Part shown: in pieces, positions 45,901-57,900 of the stretch
How the letters are laid out: the number at the start of each line of letters is the position of its first letter
Position numbering within the stretch: the stretch's first letter is position 1
Origin: Gracilinanus agilis
Taxonomy: Eukaryota
Reading direction: 5' to 3'
DNA length: 64,000 bases
Assembly (NCBI RefSeq): GCF_016433145.1
Contig: NC_058133.1
Coordinates: 166,635,844 to 166,699,843, forward strand
Notes under the pieces: model-generated
Seen by the model: only the letters and a program-made list of their open reading frames with translations
Told to the model about the DNA's origin: nothing
The model's database searches: none
Position numbers and translations under genes: made by a program

Positions 45901-48900
45901 CCCTTGGGTCCAAATGAGGCCAGTATTGCCAGTAATCTGCAAGCCATGTCCACTCAGATGTTCCAAACTAAACGCTGCTTCCGATTGGCCCCTACCTTCA
46001 GTAACATCCTTCTTCAGCCTTCTACTGAAACTCGGACCACTGCTGGTAACAGGGCCTGCATCAATGGGGACCTGGACAAACCTGAACCAGGTATTTTAAA
46101 GCCTCTTGGAGCTATCCAGCCCTGATTCTTTCCTCTGTACCAAATGAGACCTATCTCAGTGGGAGGTCTCGTTTTCTTCTGGGAGGAGGCTTATACAGAA
46201 TGTACCGAAGCCTACTCTTATTTAACTATTTAACTGTAGTTCCCTGCTCTATTTCTGAGAAAGTCCTTAGTGCAATCTTGAGTCCTTTCTTCCTGTAGTA
46301 ATATCCTTCTCACTCATTCTACCAACCAGAGATCTAGAATATTACTTCCTCTATTCTTTACTTTTCCTTAATTTTATGCTCTTAACTTCCAGCTCCCAAC
46401 CATTTTTTTTCTTCTTGCTCCTCCCTCACTCTTGTCCCTAAGCTTAGTATTCTGTATCTTACATGTGGTAGGTATATCTGCAGCCTCTTCCAGGGGCCAG
46501 GAAAACTGATGCATAATGGGACACACTGAAGCTTGTTTCAAAGTCAGTATTGTTGAAGGAAAGCTGGTCCAGCCTGCCCTTCCTTCTAGCTCAAAGACAT
46601 AGATTCATAGATTTAGGGTTGGAAGGGACCTTAGAGGGCCTCTGATCTAACACCTTCATTTTGTTAATGAGGGAACTGAGGCTAAGTGACTTAAGGTCAC
46701 ACAAGTAAGTAAGTGGCAAGACCAAGATTCAGACCCAGATCATGTGTAAGGTTCTTTTTGGCTCCATAATGCCTGAAGGAACCCTAAATCAGCCTATCGT
46801 GTATGTTAGCCTAAACCTAAGAGAGACTAGATGGCAGGCTTAAGATACCAGACAGAAGTTTTCCATCTCGGTTCTTTGTCCTTCATCTCCACCATAGCAT
46901 CTGATGATGGATCTGAGTCAGAGGAGAGTGTATCCAGTGGACGCTCCTGTCACAATGAGAGGAGCATCCAAGAGAAACTTCGGATCCTGATGGCAGAGGG
47001 ACTTCTTCCTGCTGTAAAAGTCTTCCTGGATTGGCTTCGGACCAACACTGACCTCATCATCATGTGTGCACAGGTCTGCCTCAATTCTCCCTCTTCCCCA
47101 CCCACTCCCCTTCAAAACCTCCTGCCTATTAGCTCTACACCCTGTGCTGGGAACAGACCCAGTACTTGGGGTGGCCAGGGACTTTCCTTTAATTTGTCCA
47201 TAAATGAATTAAGGGATAATCTTTGATAGAAAGTCCTGAGAGGTCGTCTCCTAAATGCTCCTATTTCCTAACTATTCCTGTCATCCTAGGAATTAAAAAA
47301 AATCTTTAGAGAAGACTTTTCCACCTTTGCTCAAAGACCAGCTGCTAGTCTTAACTACCTAAACTGTCAGAAGGTCTTTTCCAAAATATGACTTAAATTT
47401 CTCCTGCTATGTTTCTCTTATTTCCTATAATCATGGCCCTAAGAGAACCCAAACTGATAGTCACACTTCTAGCCTAGCCTTTTAAGTTAATGATTGATCA
47501 TTCAAGTTTATTGAGTATTTGCCTCCTCCACATGGAAGATAACAGAAACATATATGATTCCAGTCACCAACAATACAAAAACCAAATCTCCAATTGAATG
47601 ATACAGACTTTGGGAACTTTAGAAATATGGATAGGTCAAAGATGTCCAGAGGCAGAATCATAGAATGATAAGAATTGGAAGTGATCTTAGAGATGATTTG
47701 GTCCAACCTTCTTGTTTTATAGAAGAGAAAAACTAGGGCTGAAATAAGGGGAAGTCTTTGTCCACTTTCAACAAAGCTTATGAATTCAACCTGTTAATTG
47801 ATTCTAATTCTAGTGTTCTTCCTTCTACTAAGATTGTAATTGGTATCTGGGTGGCCTTGGACCTAACAGGAGTGGAGTCAAGAAGTTCAAGTCCTAACTC
47901 AGACATTTTCTAAATGTGTGACCTTGGACAAGTTACTTACCCTCTCTCTGCCTTATCTGTAAAATGTGACTAACCCTATCATGTACCACAGGGCTTTGAT
48001 GAGGCTTGAATGTCTTATTAGTACTTTCTTTACAACATCCTTGTGAGACAGAGTTGGAGTGTGTTTGGATAAATATTAGTTAAAGGAAAAGTATGTTTAT
48101 TATTTCTGTTTTACAAATGAGACCACTGAGACTTAGGGGTAGGTGGAATGATTTGCCCCATGTCAGACATTTAGGATCAAAGCTAGCCATTGAACTCAAT
48201 TGTTCTTGGTACTATACCATATTGTTTGCACTATGAATAGTAGAAAAAATGAGTGGAATATGTCAGGAAATTAGAGAGTGGAGCAGTGTCAGAGGAAGAA
48301 AGGAAAGAAAATGCTAGGTATACATTTGGATCTAGAAAACAAATTTGATGCCATTAGAGACAAGAAGGGAACCAACTGGATGTTCTGAGAAGAAAGCAGA
48401 TATTTGTCATTTCAGGATAGTAGAGTCCTGTGAAGTATAGGTCAGAGGAAAAAGCAGAGGAGTGGTGATTGATGATTCCCTGCTCAGGGATGCCTACACA
48501 GCACTTTGTAACAACAGTAAATCCTATTTGGGACACATTCATTCTATAGATGATCTCCCTAGACTTGCCAAAACAGATGACTGTTGTGCACTTTAGGTGA
48601 TTTGTGTGAGTACATACAGATCCTCTGAAGAGGACCTAAAATGTATTGCTATAAGATCATGGGGGTTTTCATAGCTGCTTATTGAAAGTAGCAGATGCAG
48701 AAGAGAAAAATCAGTTTGGGATGTGAATAGCTGGCCAAGGAGGGGGTATGTGAGAATGAGTTTTTAACTTCTGAATCACAGTTTTAAAATAAAGAGATGA
48801 CAGACTGCTCCAGAAGGATGGAGTGGACCTAACAAAGACTTGTAAAAATATTTTTATAGCGAGGCAATTAGGTAGCATAGTGGATAAAGCCAGGCCTGGA

Positions 48901-51900
48901 GTCAAGAGAACCAGGGTTCAAATCTGACCTCAGATACTTCTTAGCTTTATGACCCTGGGCAAGTCACTTAACCCCTTTTGCCTTTGCCCTTCTGGCTTAG
49001 AGTTGTTGCTAGGAGAGAAAGTAAGAATTTTTTTTTTAAGAGTATGTTTATTGGATATCTTGGAAATCAAAAAATCTAAATACCATAGAGAAGGGCTGCA
49101 ATGAAAGAATACCCATTGAGACTTAGTTCACAGAATCTAAGAAAGGAACCAATAGTAAATAAACTCTGTGGCCTCAAATGGCCACAGTTTAGGCAACAAC
49201 AAAAGAAACTAGAGATCTTACCTCAAAGCAGGCTTAGCACTGAGCCTTAGTGGGATAAAACCAATGATTACAGTAGATGTGGTTCTGAGTATGTATAACT
49301 TACTTTTAAGAAAGAGGATAGCTAAAAGGTCAGCTGGAGAAGCATTGCATGTTAGGAATGCATGTGAAGAAATCTGAGGAACAGGAGTGAAGCATAATGG
49401 AGAGAATTTTGATATAGATTTTGTTATTGGAGTGTACCCTGAACAGAAAGAGCAAATAGATGAATTTGGAATATCACAAATGTGGCCCAGGGCATGATAT
49501 AGAAATCATGGGAGACTTGCATTGTCCAGACGCTACTGAATGGAGCCATCTGCTAGAAGCCTTTATGATACTTTCATCCTTAATATGAGGGAGCTCACAA
49601 AGGGAAGTCCTTTCTTGGATCTGATTTCTCTCAGGGAAGCTGTTTGCTTACTTATATAAGATACAAATTATGAGAACCTTAAGGGGGAAAAGGGGCATGA
49701 AGCACTGCCTCCCAGAGTTTGTTTTGGAAGGAAGAAAACTTGGGCAGGATCTAACATGAAAGCTTGTTATGATTTCATGGACTAATATCCAATAGAAACT
49801 AGCCCAGCAGAGACAAGAAACTGAAAAGATAAAAAGGGAAGTAGCAGTTCCGTGGATAGAGAGCCAGGCCTGGAAGATGGGAAGTCCTGGATTCAAATGT
49901 GGCCTCAAACACTTTCTAGCTGTGTGACCCAAGGCAAGGCATATGTTGCCTAGCCCTTGCCTCTCTTCTGTCTTGGAACCAATACTTAGTAACAATTCTA
50001 AGACATCTGGTAAGGTTTTTAAAAAAGACAAAAAGAAAAATAATTCCAGTGGAAAGGAGATTAGCTTGAATGCCCTGGAGAACTCTCCAACTATCTCACT
50101 TTTTAGAAAGTGTATGCAGAAAGTGGGATGAAGGGAAAGGAAAAGGATGAATAAAAAGATTGGTACGATACTACAAAACTAGTGTCAGGAGTGCCAAAAC
50201 ACTAGATGTGCTGGTGCTGGCCAGCAAAGCTAAGGGCAATTGTTAGAAGCAATTTTTTTGCTCTTTGGGAGTGGGATGGGACATGGAGTTAGGGGAGAAG
50301 ATTGAAGCAGGGTTAGGTTCTCTGTTTGGACTGGTGGATTGATGGTCACTAACCACAGAGAAAAAGTGGAGCAGTTTAGCTGTCGTTTTGTTTCCCTTTT
50401 TCTCTGCTTTTGGAAAAACAAAACTGCCTGATTTGAAGTTAGGACTCAGGATACATAAGGAAATTGTAACTGACTCAGGTGAATTACCTGAAGGGTATAG
50501 TTGCTGAGCCACCATCAGAATAAAGATTGTTGGAAATGGGGAATGTGCCTCAAGGCCAGAGCATATGTTGTCCTGGTTTCTTTCATCTGTTTGTATGTTC
50601 TAAAACAGTTTTAAGAAAGAGGAGCATTTACAAACAATAAGCCTGTGAGCTTACTTGAGTTTCCTGGGGAAATTCTGAAATGGATTGTTCAAGAGATGGT
50701 TAGAATCTAGGAAAAAAAGCCGTGATTCCAAAGAGGCTCTGTGGCTTCATCCAGAACAAGTCATGTTTAATTATCCTAACTTTCTTTTTTGACTAGATTA
50801 CTAAATTATCACATCAGCATTTGGTAAAATCTTATAATGTTCTTGGGGGAGGGGGGAATGGATAGATGTGGTTTAGGCCTTAATACAGTTAGATGGATTT
50901 GGACCTTTCATTATTTGTTTGTTTGTTTTTCCTTTTTTATTTTTATTTTGAATATTTTCCCATAGTTACATGTTTCATGTTCTTTCCCTCTCCCAGATTT
51001 GGGCCTTTTAAATGGCTAGTAAAGGTATTGATGGCATCCTTATCAGATGAGCAGATGACACAAAGTTGAGAGAAGAGAGAGCTAACACAATGGATGAGAA
51101 ATGATCCAAAATTATCTTGCCAGGCTAGAGCAGAATACTGAATTTTGTTAAATTACATTCAGTAGGCATCACTGCAAAATTTTACACTTGGGTTCCAAAA
51201 AATCACTCTCTTAAGTGCAGAAATGAAGAGATATGATTAGTCAGCATTTTATCTGAAACAACTCTGAAGTTTTTAATGTATGCAAGCTCAATGAGTCAAC
51301 AGTGTGATGTGCTAGCTATTTGCTAATTTGATTTTAGATTGCATTGAGAGGAATAACGACAAGGAATAAGGCTGTACTCTGCAAGTCAGAACACATCTGG
51401 ATTTGTGTTCAGTTTTAGGCACCACATTAAGGTGGGCATTAGCCACTCTGCTTCAGTTTCCTTATCTCTAAAATGAGGATAATAGCACGTCCCTCCTAGG
51501 GTAGTTGTGAGGGTCAAATGAAATAACATGTAAAACATTTTGCAAACCTTAAAATGCTATATAAATACTAGCTACAATTATTTTTACAAGCTGGAGGATA
51601 TCCAGGATGATGAAAAACCTTGGGTTGTTCCATATGAGGATCAATTGAAGGAGCTGGATACATTTAGCCTGAAGAAAAGATAAATCAGGACACAGGACAG
51701 CTGCCTTCAAGTATTTGAAGGGTTGTCATATGTAAGAGGAACTAGATTTGTTCTGTTTGGTCCCAGAAGGCAGAAATAAAAGCAGTGGATAAAAGCGCAA
51801 AGAACCAAATTAGGCTTCATCTTTTTAAAAAAAAAAGTTCTAATGGCTGTCCAAAAATAGAATGGGCTTCTCCAGTAAAGATGCCTTTCAGGTATGGATT

Positions 51901-54900
51901 GGACTAGAGGGCCACTGAGATCTCTTCTAACTTTAAAATTCTGTAATAATATCTAATTACCAAGACTATGCTCTTATCACTTCCATGTATACCCTCCTTA
52001 CGAAACCTCTTTACCACTTAAGAAATTCTTTCTCTTCCTATTTTCTGGTGTGTCATATCCTTTAATAGTCTATCAATACTTGTTATCTATATTGCTGAAG
52101 TACAAATTTTGGGGGGGGAGGTGGGTAGGCAGGTTATAGACATTTATTAAATGTCTCCAGTGGACCAGACTCTGTGCTGAATACTATATGCATATTTCAT
52201 TTGATCCTCACAACAACTCTGGGAGGTTGATGCTATTATCCCCATTTTATGGCTGAAGAAACCGAGGCAGGCAAAAGTTAAGTGGCAAGACCATACAGCT
52301 AGCTAGTAAATGTCTGAGGCAGGATTTGAACTCAGTTCTTCCTGATCCCAACACTAGCTCCACTAGACCAGTGATGGGCAAACTATGGCTTGCGGGCGAG
52401 ATGTGGGCCCCCTGAAATGTTATATCCATCCTGACAGATGAGCATTTCCTTTCCTTTGGCCCCCTCTCTAAAATTTGCCCATCCCTGCACTAGACTAGAC
52501 TGTTTAACTCTCTCCAGGACAGTGGAGATCTGGGTAGGAAGTATTTTCTTGCTCCAAGTGTTTCCTTTGCTCCAACCTGGATCATCCCACATTTGGAAAT
52601 TAATTTTTTCTGTAGTGTATAATCTCCATTGGTTTTGAGGTTGCATCCTACCCTCTGGTGATAGAAATCTCCCTCCTCCTTAGTTTTTTTCCTCAGTCCT
52701 GCTAAACTTTTTTCCTTGTCCTGTCCCTATAGAGCTCCCAGAGCCTATGGAATCGCCTCTCTGTGTTACTGAATCTTTTGCCAGCTGCTGGAGAACTCCA
52801 GGAGCCAGGTGAGTCAGCTCCTTTCCCCTCCATGTCCTGTTTTAGTCCACCCATTCTCTCTTCTTGGCCACACTTTAACCTAATCCCCAAGGTAAAGAGG
52901 TTAATGAGATTCACCCCTCCACCCTTCATAGTGCACAACAGAACATTGTGGTCCCAGCCTCTCTGGTTTCCCATCCCTAAACATTACCTCCAGTGTGGGG
53001 CAGAAAGCTAACCTGATCAGTTTGGAGCTCCCAGTGGGGAAGAGAAAAAAGACATCTGAGGGGTCAGAGAGAGCAGCTAGCTGGAGAGAGTAGGCCACTG
53101 GTATCACCCTGGTGTCTGTGGTGATTGGGAGTTGTCTCCGCTACCTGGAAAGGAGCAGTCTGGGTTAATTCCCTAGTCTAAGAAAATCTGTCTCTTGTCA
53201 GTGCTTTTACCTTCTTTGTCCTATGAACCATTCAGCCCACTGATCTTATCCCTTTTTCTCTTCTCACTTCAGCTTCACATTCCCTTCTTTCAAGGAATTT
53301 CCTCAGAGCAAACTTTTCTCTCATACCTTCTATGCTTCACTTCTGTAGCTCCTTCACATCAATCCTTGGGTTGGAAGAGTAGTATGAGTGATAATAGCTG
53401 TCTCTCCCTTGTTAGATTGAGGATAAGGATTCACTATCTAGATCTTTCCCTGCTTTTAGAGAGTAGATGAAACTAATGTATTTCTCATTCCCCAGGCCTG
53501 GTCCTGTGTCCTGAGGTACAGGATCTCCTTCTGGGCTGTGAACGACCTGACCTTCCCACTTCCCTGCTGCTCCCAGAGGACACAGCTCTCCGAAACCTAC
53601 CCCCACTCCGAGCTGCCCATAAACGCTTTAATTTTGAACTGGATCGACCCTTGCTCAGTCCCATGGAGGAGGTGAGCACATCCCTGGTTCCTTTTAGTCA
53701 CAAGGATCTCAAATCACAGGAACTTTATTTGGGAGCTTCTTTTATCCATCCTCTCGCTTCTGGGTAGAACCACCCCCTTCTAGGCAGTTTAGGCCGTCCT
53801 GGCTTAAGGAACAGTATTTCCTTTATATTTTCGTTCTGCTGTAGTGAAAAGAAGAGTATGAAGCCTTAGGTTCAACAATAAGAACCATACTGGATATCTC
53901 TTCTGCCCTACTTTCAGTATACTCTCTTGGGCTACTGTTGTTATCCACCTGTTGAAAAAATGTTGACAGTAGGACTCTTGCCTTTTAGGCACAAATCTGA
54001 TAGAAATAATATGTAGTAATTTAACATGCTAATTCAAGCATATACTGACAGTCTCTTCATCCCCTGGGATATTTCTCTAACACTAGATATTTTGAAGTTA
54101 CATAGGAATCTTTTTTAATATTCAATTTTCATATCGCGGTTCAAATTATCTCCCTACCTCTGCTCCTCCCCCACTCATTGAGAAAGCAAGCAATATAATA
54201 TAAGATCTTTAACAATGAAAATGTGACTGATAAAATACAAATTTTGAATTAACTTCTAGCTATTATAGTTTTGGAGAAAAGCCACTTATCTCTTTTTGAC
54301 CCCTCCCTAAGGGGCTTCCCTCAGCTGATCTCTAGTTAAGGAATCAAAGGTACCTCCTTCCTCTGATCAATAATAATCTAGAGATTAGGATCTCTTAAGG
54401 AAAATTTAAAAACTTTGGGGGTGGGGGCAAGGGTTTTCCTTGGGTGGAATATAACTTATCCTTTGGGGTAACTGGGAAGTCAGTGATCTTAACTAGACCA
54501 GAGATATTTTGTATTCTAAATTTGGTTACCATCCATTTCCTAGGGCTTTAGCTTCCATTCTAAAACATTTGCCCAAAAGAGATTAGATCTGAGAGAATTT
54601 TATTGGAAGACCTTGTTTCTTTCCTTCAGGTAGGTCCAGAAGGAATTTTAGATTGGTGAAATACTTATTTGTTAATATTTTCTTCTTGGTTTTTAAAAAT
54701 ATTTTATTTTCCCCAATTACATGTAAAAACAATTTTTTAAACTTTTTTGATTTCTAAATTCACTTCCTCCCACTTTTCCCTCCCTGAGACATTAAGTAAT
54801 CTGATATGATTTCTTAATAAATTCATTGGAGCCAGAAAGATTTTAAATATCCTTCCACAGTAGTCTTTCCTCACAATCTCTGAATTTCCCATAAGTACAC

Positions 54901-57900
54901 AGCTGGAAGCAGAAAGAATAGAAAAACTACCTAAAAGGGATGAAATTAGACAGAATTTGTTGCAATAGAAAGGAGAGATTTGATTCTGCTCCCTTTTCTT
55001 TCTCCCCATTTCACCACCCTCTGTGCCCATCCTTTAATGTCTCTTCTCTTTCTCCTCTTCCCAACATCCATCCAGTCTGTCGTTCGAATCTGCTGCATCC
55101 GTAGCTTTGGCCACTTCATTACCCGTCTACAAGGGAGCATCCTGCAGTTCAACTCTGAGGTTGGCATCTTTATCAGCATTGCTCAGGCTGAGCAAGACAA
55201 TCTGTTGCAGCAAGCCCAGGCCCAGTTCAGGATGGTAAGTGTTGGATCCTTTTCCCTAATCCCCATCCTTTAGGATCTCAGGGTCTCGATCAGCTCTTCC
55301 ATTTAGGCTTGTAGACAAGGAAAAAATATATCTATTTGCAAAGATATCAGGGAAGAGATAGACAGAATCAGAGCCAGGTGGGAAAGGTTCTTGGGGGCAG
55401 TGGGCATAGGGAACAATTTTAGATAGAGGAGGAAGAGGGAGAACATTAGACATTAGTGTGTAATTAGAATTTTTGTACCCTTGAACTACAATTCCCAACA
55501 TCCCACTTCCGTCCTCACGTTATGTCCTTATGTTTTGGGTATAAAGTTTCTGTAAGCCTACCCTCGATCTCTCTTCTCCCCCAAATACGCTCGGGAAAAA
55601 CTGCTCTTTACTCAGGCTTTACTTTTCCTCTACTTCAAGTGATTATTAAATCTTATAAAATATAATACTTGGAGTTATTGGATATTCATTTTAATCTTAG
55701 AGTAGGGAAAAACAACCAGCTTCTGTCCCTACTTTCCACCATTCTCCACACACACAGTTCATTCCTGTGGTCACTACAGCCAGAAGTTTGTATTCCCTTT
55801 GCATGTTTATATGTGGTGACCAAGCACCATCCTCACCTTAAAAGGAAAGGGAACCTTGACCTTGAGGGAAAGTGTTGGAAAATTCTCATACATTCTTGTC
55901 TGTTTTTCCTGCATGACATGCATCCAACACTTTTCTTTCCATTTCCACTGCTATATCGTACGTTGGATCCTTATCACTTCTCTTCTAGACTTTTTTTAAA
56001 CTCTTTATTACTAATTTGATTATCAAAAAACAAAAAGGTTTTAAGTAGCCATTTTTAGCCACTGACACAAAACCATTAATTCCAAACTATAGTTTTCTGA
56101 AAGGCAAACTTTATCCATATAATAGATAATATCTTTTAGACCCTTCTGGTCATCTTCTTGGCTCTAATCTTTCTGTTTTGCAGTTTACTCTAATTACCAC
56201 ATCTATTACTTGGCCAAAATTACTTTGATCATGTCACTGTCCTGCTCAGAAACTTCCCATGGTTCTCCATTCCTATACTTTATGTATTCCTGCTCTGTCA
56301 CCTTTTACACTCCTCTTCAGCTGTCTTGAGTTGATAATAACATTTTCCAAATTTTACTTCTTGAAGCCTTCCCTCCAAAATTCAATCTACTATTCCTTTA
56401 TTTTATTGCCTTCCTTGCCCAAATAAGTACTTACCAAACTCTCTATGGTTTAATTAGTTACAATAAATGTAAGTTTTTTGAAAGCAGAGATCAAGTTTTT
56501 GTGCCCGACATAGTAGATGATCAGCAATTGTTGGTTGATTGATACAAGTGGTTTAGTTTCAAGGAATAGAACTTCTTGTACTTTGTTTTCCCAGCAGGGT
56601 TGGTTGAAAGGCATTTGGTTGCAAGGCTAATACTCAGATGACAGAGATTTCTCCTGATTTTGTTTCCTAAAAAAGGAGAATTTCCTAACCTAATCCTTAC
56701 CCTTCTCCAGCTAGTCTCTCTTTTTCTTCCATAAACAGGCCCAGGAAGAAGCCCGACGGAATCGGCTTATGAGAGACATGGCTCAACTTCGACTACAGGT
56801 GGGAAAGTAGGAATTATGTCTACCTTCTCAATATTCCCAGTATTTTCCATATAGAAGTCCATCCCCTGTACTGTCTAGCTTCCATCCTTCTCTTCCCCCC
56901 CCACACACCCCAGGTCTTTCCCATTTCTTGTTCTGTCTTACACAACTTAAATAGCAAGAGAAACATTCTTATAGTCAACTTCTACCCTTCCCACTTAAGT
57001 GTTGATCCTTGAAGAGGGGTAGGAGGGCATCCAACTTACTACTTTTTGCTCTTCTTACTACCAGCTTGAGGTGTCCCAGCTGGAGGGCAGTTTGCAGCAG
57101 CCCAAGGCTCAGTCGGCAATGTCCCCATATCTTGTCCCTGACACTCAAGCTCTCTGCCAACACCTCCCCATCATCCGCCAGCTGGCCAGCAGTGGCAGGT
57201 TCATTGTCATCATCCCTAGGACAGGTAAGGATTCGGGAGTTGGAAGGGCAGGAACATGTCATAAAAATATCAGTAGTGCCATCCTGGACCATTTGTCCTT
57301 CTGGCCCAGGATTGTGTCTCTGACAGGGACTCAAAAGGATGTTGTGGGGTTTCATAAATCTCAGCTCACTACTCTGATACTGCTGTAACAGCATCCTCAC
57401 TGACTCCCTGCCTCAGTCTCTCCCTTTCTTAGCCATTCTCCACTAGCCACCAAATCAACATTCTTAAAATACAAATCTGAAAATTCCTGTACTCTAGGGT
57501 AAAATACAAATTCTACAGGCTAGAGCCCACCTTCTTTTTCGGAATTACTTTATGTTACTGCCATTCTCCATATATGAAATTCCATCTCCAGCCACTGTGC
57601 CTCTGCACAAATGGTCCTCTGTGTCTGGGATCAGTCAGCCTATGAAACTTTTAATAAGTGGCTACTATGTGTCATTCTCTCTGTTAAACTCCAGGAATAC
57701 AAAGAATGGCAAAGGCAGGCCCTGCTCTCTAAGAGTAAACAATGTAATAGGGAAGGTAACATGTAATTTTGTACAAATAAGATATTTGCAGGATAAATTA
57801 GAAGTAATCAAAAAAAGAAAGGCATTAGAATTAAGGTGATTTGAGAAAGGCTTCCTATAGAAGTTGGCATGTTAGCTACACCTTGAAGGAAGTCAAGAAA

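Noticed and set aside
45459-45953. 164-aa antisense ORF in SMG5 exon 12
   Set aside because: Mirror of a Ser/Asp/Glu-rich sense exon; antisense openness is explained by sense codon usage
52940-52954. GRE/ARE-like AGAACAnnnTGGTCC
   Set aside because: The right half-site breaks the invariant TGT core; no supporting context
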